This document shows, in pieces, positions 40,051 to 48,942 of a DNA stretch of 64,000 nucleotides (position 1 is the first letter of the stretch; each line of letters starts with the position of its first letter). The position numbers and the translations under genes were made by a program. The stretch is from NCBI GenBank assembly GCA_965219445.1, contig CBDCNQ010000005.1, positions 1,088,001 through 1,152,000 of the forward strand, written 5' to 3'. This DNA comes from Longimicrobiales bacterium. Its GTDB lineage: Bacteria; Gemmatimonadota; Gemmatimonadetes; Longimicrobiales; Gaopeijiaceae. The notes below the pieces were generated by a model, which saw only the letters and a program-made list of their open reading frames with translations, had not been told where the DNA came from and made no database searches.

Positions 40051-42246
40051 ATGATGACGATGCCTGTCCGAGTGAACGTTACTCACTGCGTCGCGGCCTT
40101 TTTGACGGCCGTCGTGATGTCGAGTCCGTGGACTCCGGAAGTCGCCGCGCAGCAGCAGCCCGACTCGATCATTCCCTTGGAGCCGATCGAGGTCACGGTC
40201 CTCCGAACACCGCTGCTGATGAACGCTGCACCGTTCGCCGTCTCGGTGGTGACCGAAGGTGATCTCCAGAGGGGCCGGAGCGGTTTCTTCCTGGAAGAGG
40301 CGCTGCAAGGGCTACCGGGGGTACAGGTACAGAACCGGTTCAACCCGGCGGTAGGCGAGCGCGTGGCGATTCGTGGGTTCGGGGCTCGGGCCAGGTTTGG
40401 GCTCAGGGACATCAGGGTGGTGGTCGACGGAATCCCTGCGACGCTCCCCGACGGTCAGAGTAGCATCGATCATCTGGACATCGGATCGCTTGCGCGGGTG
40501 GAAGTCATCCGTGGTCCGGCGTCCGCTCTGTTCGGGAACGCCTCCGGCGGTGTGCTCTCGTTCACCACACGGAATCCTCCGAACACCCCCTACAACATGG
40601 AGGTGATGGGGGTCACTGGAAGCGACGGCCTGTGGCGTGGTCAGTTGACCGGGTCGGGGACGGTGGGGAACACGGGCTACATCGTGAGCGTCTCGGGCCA
40701 AACGTGGGACGGCTACAGAACGATCGCCGCGGACCCAACTCGCCCCCGCGCCGACACGCTCTGTGCCGACGGCGCCGATGCGGGCAATAAGAGCCTTCGC
40801 AGGGGATGCTACGGAGGATCGGACCGGCTCGGCCTGAACGCGCGGGTCATAACGCCGGTCGGTGGTGGCGAGCTCTCCTTCACGGCCAACGTGCTGGACT
40901 TGGATGCCGAAAGCGGCGGATCGAAGACCGACACCCCAGACGATTTCCGCGAGATCAACGACCTCTATCTCAGGTTCAGAACCGGCAAAACTTTGAAGCA
41001 GCAGCAGGCTGGTGCGCGGTGGACCGGCCCTCTCGGGGATGCTCTCCAGGCGGATTTTTCCGCCTACGGGGTCCACAGGACGATCAACAACCCCATCCCG
41101 TTCGACATCATCGATCTCTCGAGAAAAGGGGGAGGTGCTCGTGCTTCCGTGAGCAACACGATCGACACGGGGCTGGGCGATTTTCAATGGCTGGCCGGTG
41201 GCGAGTACGAACTCCAGAACGATGATCGCTCTGAGATCGCGGCCGAGTTCGGTACGGGAATGCCAGCCCCCGGCGCCGTGCCCTTCCTAGATCAAGACGA
41301 GGATGTGCGGAGTGTCGGCACCTTCCTCCAAGGGACGCTGGAGCTGCCCAGCGGCGCCGTCATCTTGGCGGGCGTTCGGTATGACAACCATGAGTTCACC
41401 GCCAATGATCGGGTTCCCGTTGCTCCTGGGAACGCCGACGATTCAGGCTCTCGCACGATGGATGAGGTGACTCCCTCGATCGGGATCAGCGTTCCTGCTG
41501 GGCAGTCTCTCAACTTTTTCGGCTCCGTCGGCACCGTGTTCAATACTCCTACGACGAGCGAACTCTCGAACCAGGTGAGTGGCGCAGGTGGCTTCAACCC
41601 CGACCTCGACCCGATGAAAGGAGAATCATACGAGGTGGGTGCCCGTGGCACCGTAGGGTCGTGGGCAGCGTTCGAGGTGACTGCTTACCAAACGAACCTA
41701 CGCAATGAGTTGATCAGCTTCGAGGTCCCGAGCGATCCGGGTGTGAGCTTCTTCCGGAACGCGGGCAGGTCGCGGCATCGCGGCTGGGAGGGCACCGTTT
41801 CCGCCGCATCTCCCAGCGGCATCGTCGGGGGAGACGTGACCTACACGCGGGTGAACGCTCGATTCCTCAGATACGCGGCGGATGGCGACGACTTCGCCGG
41901 CAATAGGGTTCCTGGCGTCGCTCTCGATCGCATCCAAGCTCGGGCTCGGATGAGCCAGAACATGTGGTGGGCCGAGGCCGTAGGGAGCGGTGTGAGCGTG
42001 GTTCAGGCCAACGACGCGAATTCCTCCAGAGCCCCTTCCTACTGGTTGTTGGATCTGCGGGTAGGTCTACAAGAAATGGCCTTGGGCGGGGCCAACATCG
42101 CGCCCTGGGCAGCCGTGATCAACGCGCTCGACGAGGATTACAATGCTTCCGTGGCGGTGAACGCCTTTGGCGGCCGGTTCTTCGAGCCCGGACCCCAACA
42201 GTCGTTCCAAATCGGAGTGCGCGCGCGATTCGGAGGCGGTAATTAA
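40051..42246 (+). CDS. TonB-dependent receptor
   Basis: Signal peptide, EPIEVT TonB-box-like stretch, plug (IRGFG, VDGIP, EVIRGPASALFG), barrel ending GVRARF. Confidence 0.93.
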   Translation: MMTMPVRVNVTHCVAAFLTAVVMSSPWTPEVAAQQQPDSIIPLEPIEVTVLRTPLLMNAAPFAVSVVTEGDLQRGRSGFFLEEALQGLPGVQVQNRFNPAVGERVAIRGFGARARFGLRDIRVVVDGIPATLPDGQSSIDHLDIGSLARVEVIRGPASALFGNASGGVLSFTTRNPPNTPYNMEVMGVTGSDGLWRGQLTGSGTVGNTGYIVSVSGQTWDGYRTIAADPTRPRADTLCADGADAGNKSLRRGCYGGSDRLGLNARVITPVGGGELSFTANVLDLDAESGGSKTDTPDDFREINDLYLRFRTGKTLKQQQAGARWTGPLGDALQADFSAYGVHRTINNPIPFDIIDLSRKGGGARASVSNTIDTGLGDFQWLAGGEYELQNDDRSEIAAEFGTGMPAPGAVPFLDQDEDVRSVGTFLQGTLELPSGAVILAGVRYDNHEFTANDRVPVAPGNADDSGSRTMDEVTPSIGISVPAGQSLNFFGSVGTVFNTPTTSELSNQVSGAGGFNPDLDPMKGESYEVGARGTVGSWAAFEVTAYQTNLRNELISFEVPSDPGVSFFRNAGRSRHRGWEGTVSAASPSGIVGGDVTYTRVNARFLRYAADGDDFAGNRVPGVALDRIQARARMSQNMWWAEAVGSGVSVVQANDANSSRAPSYWLLDLRVGLQEMALGGANIAPWAAVINALDEDYNASVAVNAFGGRFFEPGPQQSFQIGVRARFGGGN

Positions 42247-42281
42247 GCGCACGCCAGCCTCGGGGCTAGCGGTCGAAAGGC

Positions 42282-43229
42282 TCAGGGAGCGGCCCGACAA
42301 AATGTCGGGTCGCTCACGACCGCCAACGCATTTCGAACGGCCCGCTCGCCGTCCTCGTCGGACGGACGGTTCATCGTTCGTCCATGGGCGACCATCACGG
42401 ATGAGCCACCTCCGTCGAGATTGAGCGCCTCGGCAGCATCGGTTGCAGACAGCGCGGCTGTCATCTCCGCTAGCGTCATGCCCGACGAGTAGGACCCCTG
42501 GCGCCCGTCCACGACCATGACCCACAGGCGTCCGGCTTCGGGATCGTAGGCGACGGCCGTTCGAGGGTGCCGTAGCGACGCAAAATCCGAGTCCGCATTG
42601 TCGTTCAGGACGGGGTCCCCTTCGTCGAGTAGTTCCGGATACCCTCCGATCACCTGGGTCCGACCCGGCCGACTCCGAGACACCAAAGTGCCGGTGGACA
42701 ACCCGCTCCCCTCACGCACCACTGTCCCGATCCAAGGGACACGGCCCGGTGTCCACTCGAGCCCCGGCCGCTCGCGAGACCACAGGATCTGCCCTGCGGC
42801 CACCTCTGAACCCAGAGGACGCCCCTCCGGTGTAAAGAAATCACCGTTGACGGCGGCGAGCACGTCACCCCCGGCTTCCCCGACGAGTTCCGTCACGGTG
42901 GACAGACCCGCCCCATACGAGCCAGCCTCACCCGCCGGCAGAACTCTCAGGCCCAGCTCGCATCGCCCCAGCTCCAGGCGGAGGACGTGTACCGCCCACG
43001 GACCCTTCTCCGACCAGACGAAGTGGTATGAGAGACCCTCATGAACGAAGCGGGCACTCGTCGAGTCCGCTCCCAGATAGGAAAGCAGTTCCTCGGGTAG
43101 CGGCTCGGGAAGACGAGCCGGACGATCGAGGGGCGTGCAGGCGAGAAACAGGGTCGCCACGATGCCCACTAGCGAGGCACCGGCAGCCCTCCACCCTCGT
43201 GCAGCATCTCCTTCCAGCACGGGCCTCAT
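42282..43229 (-). CDS. Phosphodiester glycosidase (NAGPA/DUF2233) family lipoprotein
   Basis: LFLAC lipobox, AAVNGDFF, HPRTAV, VDGRQ, ALNLDGGGSS. Confidence 0.88.
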   Translation of the reverse strand: MRPVLEGDAARGWRAAGASLVGIVATLFLACTPLDRPARLPEPLPEELLSYLGADSTSARFVHEGLSYHFVWSEKGPWAVHVLRLELGRCELGLRVLPAGEAGSYGAGLSTVTELVGEAGGDVLAAVNGDFFTPEGRPLGSEVAAGQILWSRERPGLEWTPGRVPWIGTVVREGSGLSTGTLVSRSRPGRTQVIGGYPELLDEGDPVLNDNADSDFASLRHPRTAVAYDPEAGRLWVMVVDGRQGSYSSGMTLAEMTAALSATDAAEALNLDGGGSSVMVAHGRTMNRPSDEDGERAVRNALAVVSDPTFCRAAP

Positions 43230-43350
43230 CGGATGTTCAAGGCTCCCATTCTGTCGTCCCGACGTTTAGACATGGTGCCATCCCGGAATCGTCTTACGGT
43301 GAATTCCCTAGGATAGCCCCCGCCCCATGATTCTTCTATACTCGGGCGCC

Positions 43351-43911
43351 ATGACCCTCCGACGCGCCAAAGCTGCCCGTAAGGGCCTCAGCCCCATTGG
43401 ACGGCGCGCGTTGGGTGTGGCGCTGGTCCTCCTATCCTCCCCTCTGGCCGGCCTGCTTGCGACTCCGCTGACCGCCCAATCCACCGCCGACAACATGGAA
43501 ATCCGCATCGGTGTCACCACCGGAGGGATCGGATCGATCGGTGCCTCGGTCGAGTTCCTGTGGGGGAGCCGGAGCGTCGACGTGAACCTGGCGACGTTCA
43601 CGTTCAGCGAGGCGAGCCTGGCCGTCACAGCCAAGCAGTATTTCGGCGGCGGCGACCTGCGGCCCTTCGTGGGTGTAGGTCTTTGGGGAGTCGTGGGATC
43701 GACCGGAGAAGAGGGTGAACAAACCGGCAAGGCGCTGATCCTCCGCGCTCCCTTGGGGGGCGACTGGAACTTCACCGGGAGGCAACACCTGGGCGGGAGT
43801 CTGGCCGTGAATGAAGGACTATGGGTCGATCGGGCCGATCCCGAGGACGATACTCCAGTCAGCCGGCGACCGGTCCCGCTTCCCGGATTCTACTACCGCT
43901 TCGAGCCCTAG
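43351..43911 (+). CDS. Hypothetical exported protein, possibly a small beta-barrel
   Basis: Signal peptide ending LTAQ; alternating beta-strand pattern; ends FYYRFEP. Confidence 0.6.
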   Translation: MTLRRAKAARKGLSPIGRRALGVALVLLSSPLAGLLATPLTAQSTADNMEIRIGVTTGGIGSIGASVEFLWGSRSVDVNLATFTFSEASLAVTAKQYFGGGDLRPFVGVGLWGVVGSTGEEGEQTGKALILRAPLGGDWNFTGRQHLGGSLAVNEGLWVDRADPEDDTPVSRRPVPLPGFYYRFEP

Positions 43912-44172
43912 CTACAGTTCTTCGGGCTCGTCCCAGGTTTCCTTCCAGAATTCGTCCTCCTCCCTACTGATCTGCTTCAGATCCAGGGGCTCCGGATCGT
44001 CTCTGAGAAGCGCACCCTCCTCCTCGATGCGACGGATGTCGTCCTGGTCTATCCGAGGGGGTGGGACGTGGATCGACCGCTTGAGATTCCGTCGCATGGA
44101 AATCCAGGCGAACGCGACCAAAGCACCGAGAACGAACCAGAGCGCCGGCCAAAAAAAGCGAAGGACGATCAT
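43912..44172 (-). CDS. Small single-TM hypothetical protein
   Basis: Hydrophobic N-terminus and acidic tail; follows thrC co-directionally. Confidence 0.6.
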   Translation of the reverse strand: MIVLRFFWPALWFVLGALVAFAWISMRRNLKRSIHVPPPRIDQDDIRRIEEEGALLRDDPEPLDLKQISREEDEFWKETWDEPEEL

Positions 44173-44185
44173 GACGGCACCTGGA

Positions 44186-45376
44186 TCATGAGACGGGAGA
44201 CATCCCTACGTATTTGAGCCCGCTGCCCGTGTTGAAGAGGACGACCTCCTCCTCACGCTCGAGGGCACCCATTGCGATGAGCGCCGGCACAGCGGCCGCG
44301 ACCGCACCGCCCTCCGGCGCCGCGAAGATCCCGGTGTCTTCTCCGACGGCCTGAACCCAATTGGCCATGTCCTGATCGCGGATCGCCACAGCGGCCCCCC
44401 CTGACTCACGAATCGCCCTCAGGATCAGAAAGTCACCGACTGCCGCTGGCACGCGCAGCCCCGACGCGTATGTGGCGGCATCCAGCCACGGCTCTGCTTC
44501 CGTGGCACCACTCTCCCAGGCTCGCACCATCGGGGCGCACCCGGCGGCCTGTACGGAGAACATCTTTGGCCGCTCCGGACCGACCCAGCCCATTCGCTCC
44601 ATCTCGTCGAACGCCTTCCACATCCCGATCAGGCCGGTTCCGCCGCCGGTCGGGTAGACGATGCCGTCGGGAAGCCGGCCGCCGAGCTGTTCGAATAGCT
44701 CGTAGCCCATGGTCTTCTTACCCTCCACCCGGTACGGTTCCTTGAGTGTAGAGAGATCGAACCAACCGTACTGCTCCACACCCGTCCGCACCACACCCCC
44801 GCAGTCGGTGATCAGCCCCTCGAGAAGCTGTAAGTCCGCGCCCAGTGCCCGGATTTCGGCTAGAATGGGGGCGGGCGTATCCGTGGGCACCACCACGTGC
44901 ACCGGCATGCCGGCTGCCGCGCCGTAAGCCGCCGCGGCGCCACCCGCGTTGCCCGCGGACGGGAGCGCGAGTGCGGTCGCACCCAGTTCCTTCGCACGAG
45001 AAACCGCCAGGCATAGCCCGCGGTCCTTGAAGCTCCCCGTAGGGTTCTGCCCCTCGTCCTTGATCCAGAGCCGGCCAGCCCCCATGCGGGCGGCTAGGCG
45101 AGGTGCCTCGAGAAGGGGGGTCCACCCCTCGCCCAGGCTAATCTGGCAGGCCGGATCGCGAACGGGAAGCACCTCCTCATAGCGCCACAGATCGGCGCGG
45201 CGTCCCGGGAGATCGGCGGGCTGAAACCCAGGCCGGATGGCCTCGAGATCGTAGCGCGCGAAGTACGGCCTCCCGGCAGACGACAAGCCGTGCAGCGTTT
45301 CGCTTTCGACGGTTTCTCCGGTGTACGTGCACTCGAGGTGACTGGCCCCTCGGAGCGGTTTGGACGAAGACGGCAT
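44186..45376 (-). CDS. thrC: Threonine synthase (PLP fold type II)
   Basis: LGEGWTPL, NPTGSFKDRG, SAGNAG, EGKKTM, PTGGG, NTGSGLKY; start at MPSSSK. Confidence 0.85.
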   Translation of the reverse strand: MPSSSKPLRGASHLECTYTGETVESETLHGLSSAGRPYFARYDLEAIRPGFQPADLPGRRADLWRYEEVLPVRDPACQISLGEGWTPLLEAPRLAARMGAGRLWIKDEGQNPTGSFKDRGLCLAVSRAKELGATALALPSAGNAGGAAAAYGAAAGMPVHVVVPTDTPAPILAEIRALGADLQLLEGLITDCGGVVRTGVEQYGWFDLSTLKEPYRVEGKKTMGYELFEQLGGRLPDGIVYPTGGGTGLIGMWKAFDEMERMGWVGPERPKMFSVQAAGCAPMVRAWESGATEAEPWLDAATYASGLRVPAAVGDFLILRAIRESGGAAVAIRDQDMANWVQAVGEDTGIFAAPEGGAVAAAVPALIAMGALEREEEVVLFNTGSGLKYVGMSPVS

Positions 45377-45387
45377 TGAAGGGGGCA

Positions 45388-47421
45388 CTATAGAGAAGGG
45401 CGCTTTGAAGAGCCCATAGATTCGCCCCCCAGCAGCCGGACCCCGGCGGCAACAGCTACCAAGGCCGGAGCCAGTAGCACCCACGGCGGCGCCTCCCCGC
45501 CATCCTCCAGCCAGGCGCGGAGCGCGGGGGCCGAGGCGATCAAGACGATGCTCCCGTTGTTGACGAAGTGCATGAGGACTCCCACCCAAATGGAGCGCGT
45601 CGACAGGACGGCCCATGCCAGGATGAAGCCGAGCCAGGCCGTGGGTAAGAAGCGGAACGCCGACTGAAAGGAAATGTGGAACGCTCCGAACACCAACCCG
45701 TTGAAGACCGCGACGCGCACCGTGGAGGCACGCCCCCGGGTCCCCGCGAGGAACACGCCCCTGAAGACCGCCTCTTCGCAGATCGCCGGCGTCAGGGCAA
45801 CGAGGGCCAGCAGCCACAATACGCGAGACGGACTCTCGGCCGTGACGAAGTCCTCCAGACCCTCGAGCATGTCCCATGGAACCGGGAGCACAAATCCCTG
45901 TGTCCACGCGAGGAACCAGCCCAACGGCATAGCCCCCATGATCAACAGCAGCGCCCCTGCGACCTGCGGAGGCCCCGGACGTCGGAAGGAGAACGTCTCG
46001 GCGAAATCGAATCCGGCGATCCGCACGAAGAGGAACGCCGGGAGGAGCAAGAGCAGCCATTCGGACAGAAGAAGTCCTCGTTCTCCCCATCCGGCCTGGA
46101 GGGGGAAGCCCATGTAGAAGAAGAGTACGGCCACGGCGGCGATGAATGCGATCGCCTGTCCCCTACTAGGCGTGGCGGAGACCGGACCGAGTAGCCGCTG
46201 CAGACGCTCCCTGAGTCCTCCCCCGGACTCCACCTGTGCGTCCCCCACCCCGAACAGCACGTCCTCCCGGCCGAAGGAGGCCGAGGCGAATGCGAGCGCT
46301 GCCCAGGCCCAGAACCCCGTCGTGGCAACCGCCACTATGGAAGGAGCCAGCTCGGGGCTTCCCGCCATGAGCTCGCGGAAGAAGATCCCCAGTCCCGCGA
46401 CCGGAACGGCCGCTAGCGCGATGGTGAAGCCGATCCCCGGAAACACCGGTAGTAGCGCCGGCACCATCACCAGGAGGTAGACGGGCGTCAGCGCTGTCTG
46501 GGCCTCCTTGAAGGAGCGGGAGCGAAGCGCGATTCCCAAGAACAGTGATCCGAACAACACCCCGAGCGGAATCAGGGTAACGAAGATGAGCAACACCGAG
46601 CCCCACGGCAGGGCGAAGTCTATGTTGAGGCTTCCGCCGAGCTGGAAGAGGCCCGTCTGAAAAGTGAGCAGCATGCTCACTAGATTCAGGGCGGCGGCCA
46701 CGACACCGATCAGAGCGACGGCCAGAAACTTTCCCACCACGATTTGCCGGGGAGGCACCGGAGCCGTCAGCAGGGTCTCCAGCGTGCCTCGCTCCTTTTC
46801 CCCCGCCGCCATATCGATCGCCGGGTAGAAGGTGCCGAGCAGCGTCATGATGATCAGCAACAGAGGCAGGAACCGGCCGAGCGCATATCCACCTAATTCC
46901 TCCGCCCGGGCAACCGAGGAATCGGCGACCGCCAACGGCTCCGCAAACCCGGTCGGAAGTCCGCGCTCGACGAGTCTCCGGGCGACAAGCGTGTCGTGCC
47001 AGGTCCGAAGGGCCTGGGTAAGAACGGTGCGCGCCCGCTGCGAACGCTCATCGGCCGCATCGTAGATAACGGTAGCTCTCTGTGTGGTTTCCCCGTCGGG
47101 CTGAGGGCCGAAGACCACCACTGCACCGACCGAGTCGGAGCGGACCGCCTCCACGGGGTCGGGCACGCCGGGCATGTCGAGCAGCTCGAGGTTCTCGTCC
47201 GAAGCCAAGAACTCCATGACCTCCTCAGAAGCGGGACCGGTCGCCGCCACATGGGACGCCTCCGACTCGATGCGGCGGATGCCCAGAAGCGCGAACTGCT
47301 CGGAGGCGACCAGCAGCAGCGGATAGAGCAGGATGGGGATCACCACCATCACCGTCAGAGTGCGGCGGTCGCGCAACGTCTCGCGCAGCTCCTTCTTGAA
47401 GACGACCCAGGCCGTACTCAC
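45388..47421 (-). CDS. natB: NatB-like ABC-2 permease fused to a CPBP (Abi) intramembrane protease
   Basis: KELRETLRDRR, AGEKERGTLETLL, C-terminal EEAVFRG, FGAFH, HFVNN. Confidence 0.85.
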   Translation of the reverse strand: MSTAWVVFKKELRETLRDRRTLTVMVVIPILLYPLLLVASEQFALLGIRRIESEASHVAATGPASEEVMEFLASDENLELLDMPGVPDPVEAVRSDSVGAVVVFGPQPDGETTQRATVIYDAADERSQRARTVLTQALRTWHDTLVARRLVERGLPTGFAEPLAVADSSVARAEELGGYALGRFLPLLLIIMTLLGTFYPAIDMAAGEKERGTLETLLTAPVPPRQIVVGKFLAVALIGVVAAALNLVSMLLTFQTGLFQLGGSLNIDFALPWGSVLLIFVTLIPLGVLFGSLFLGIALRSRSFKEAQTALTPVYLLVMVPALLPVFPGIGFTIALAAVPVAGLGIFFRELMAGSPELAPSIVAVATTGFWAWAALAFASASFGREDVLFGVGDAQVESGGGLRERLQRLLGPVSATPSRGQAIAFIAAVAVLFFYMGFPLQAGWGERGLLLSEWLLLLLPAFLFVRIAGFDFAETFSFRRPGPPQVAGALLLIMGAMPLGWFLAWTQGFVLPVPWDMLEGLEDFVTAESPSRVLWLLALVALTPAICEEAVFRGVFLAGTRGRASTVRVAVFNGLVFGAFHISFQSAFRFLPTAWLGFILAWAVLSTRSIWVGVLMHFVNNGSIVLIASAPALRAWLEDGGEAPPWVLLAPALVAVAAGVRLLGGESMGSSKRPSL

Positions 47422-48179
47422 GCCCGTTCCTCGGGGGGTACGGCGTCCACCACGTTTCCGCCGTCCCCCCGGACCAGCGCAAGAAAGGCACGCGCCAGGT
47501 TCGGCTCGCCGGTTCTCACGATGAGCGAAGCAGGCGTCCCCTCCGCCACCAGACGTCCGCCACTCAGAACGCCCACTCGGTCGGCCAACAGCTCCACCTC
47601 GGCCATCTGGTGCGTCGAAAAAACGATCGCCTTTCCCCTCTCCCGCTCCCGCTCGATGAATCGATAGATCACCTCACCGCTGAGCACGTCGAGCCCCATG
47701 GTCGGCTCGTCGAGAATCAGGGCGGGCGGATCGTGGACGAGCGCGCGGGCCACCGAAACGCGTTGGGCCTGCCCGGTGGACAGGGTGCCACAGCGCTGGC
47801 TCACGAAAGGCGTGATACCGAACAAATGGATGAGCTCGGCGACTCGTCCATCGAGGGCCGGCCCCTCCATGCGGTGAAGGCGTCCGAAGTACTGGAGCAA
47901 CTCCACGGGTGTGAGGCGTTCGTAGAGTCCCATCGAGGCGGCGAGAAATCCGATGCGGGCACGCACCACGAGCGGCTGCTCACGCACGTCGGCGTCGCCC
48001 ACGAAAGCGGTGCCCGAGGTGGGTGCCTGTAGCGTGGCCAGACACCGGAGCGCCGTCGTCTTCCCCGCCCCGTTCGGACCGAGCAGTGCATATACCTCCG
48101 CAGGCGCGACGCGAAGGGAAAGACCCTCCACCACCCGGAGCTGTCCGTAGGTCTTTGTCAGATCCTGGAACTCGATCAT
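47418..48179 (-). CDS. natA: NatA-like ABC ATPase
   Basis: GPNGAGKTT, LSTGQ, LILDEPT, STH. Confidence 0.88.
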   Translation of the reverse strand: MIEFQDLTKTYGQLRVVEGLSLRVAPAEVYALLGPNGAGKTTALRCLATLQAPTSGTAFVGDADVREQPLVVRARIGFLAASMGLYERLTPVELLQYFGRLHRMEGPALDGRVAELIHLFGITPFVSQRCGTLSTGQAQRVSVARALVHDPPALILDEPTMGLDVLSGEVIYRFIERERERGKAIVFSTHQMAEVELLADRVGVLSGGRLVAEGTPASLIVRTGEPNLARAFLALVRGDGGNVVDAVPPEERA

Positions 48180-48211
48180 GCGGGCACCGTATGGGATTAT
48201 GCGCGCTCGGG

Positions 48212-48240
48212 GCAACCCTCCAGAGCCTCACCACGTCCAA
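48212..48240 (+). promoter_or_regulatory. ECF-type promoter upstream of the ECF sigma gene
   Basis: GCAAC-N18-GTCCAA, matching the AAC...GTC geometry of ECF promoters. Confidence 0.55.
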
Positions 48241-48269
48241 GGGTAACGGATACCTTGAACCCCGTGGGA

Positions 48270-48785
48270 ATGAACGAATCCCAGCTTTTGCGAAAGGCGT
48301 GCCAGGGAGACGGTCCGGCCGTACGCGCTCTTTATGAAAGGTACGCCCCCCGGGTGTACGCGGTCGTTCGCCGTATAGCAGCGGATGACGACTTGGCGCA
48401 GGATTACGCCCAGGAAGCGTGGATTCGTGCCATCCGTGCCCTTCCGACGTTTCGCGGAGAAGCCCGCTTCTCAACATGGCTTCACCGCATCGCCGTAAAC
48501 TCGGCCCTCCAGGCGGTTCGGGGGGAGCAGACGCGGCACAGTAGAGAGGCACCGATGCCCGAGGCGATTGCCGTGGTTCCTCCGGCGCGGGACGCCCTGC
48601 TGAGCCAAAAGCTCGAGTGGGCGCTCGACCGCTTGCCCGAGCGTATGCGCAAGGTGTTGACTCCCTTAGCGCCCCGAGACTTCCTGGCGCTCCGAAGCCC
48701 CCACACCCTCACTCCGCCGACGCTTCGCTCCACGGCTTCGCCGCAGATCGTCTCCGTGAGGGCGTGGGGGCCTCAGGGGGTGTGA
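48270..48785 (+). pseudogene. ECF sigma factor truncated at the start of region 4
   Basis: Region 2 intact (FRGEARFSTWLHRIAVN); similarity ends at ALDRLPERMRKVL (~48659) and the HTH is replaced by repeat-derived sequence. Confidence 0.85.
48697..48771. repeat. REP-like hairpin repeat, copy 1
   Basis: 16-bp stem (15 paired) GCCCCCACACCCTCAC/GTGAGGGCGTGGGGGC; core 48706-48755 matches the reverse complement of 53253-53302 at 44/50. Confidence 0.8.
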
Positions 48786-48942
48786 GTTGCGTTGTTTGGC
48801 CCCCCTAGGCCACGAGAGCGGTCCAGCGTAACCCACCCAGAAAGCGCTTAGACGACGATCATGGGCCTGTGACAGGCGACCGGTTGCGCCTACCGGCACG
48901 CGCATATGATGTTGAGCCTCGGTCTGATCCCGGAGTGCGCCC

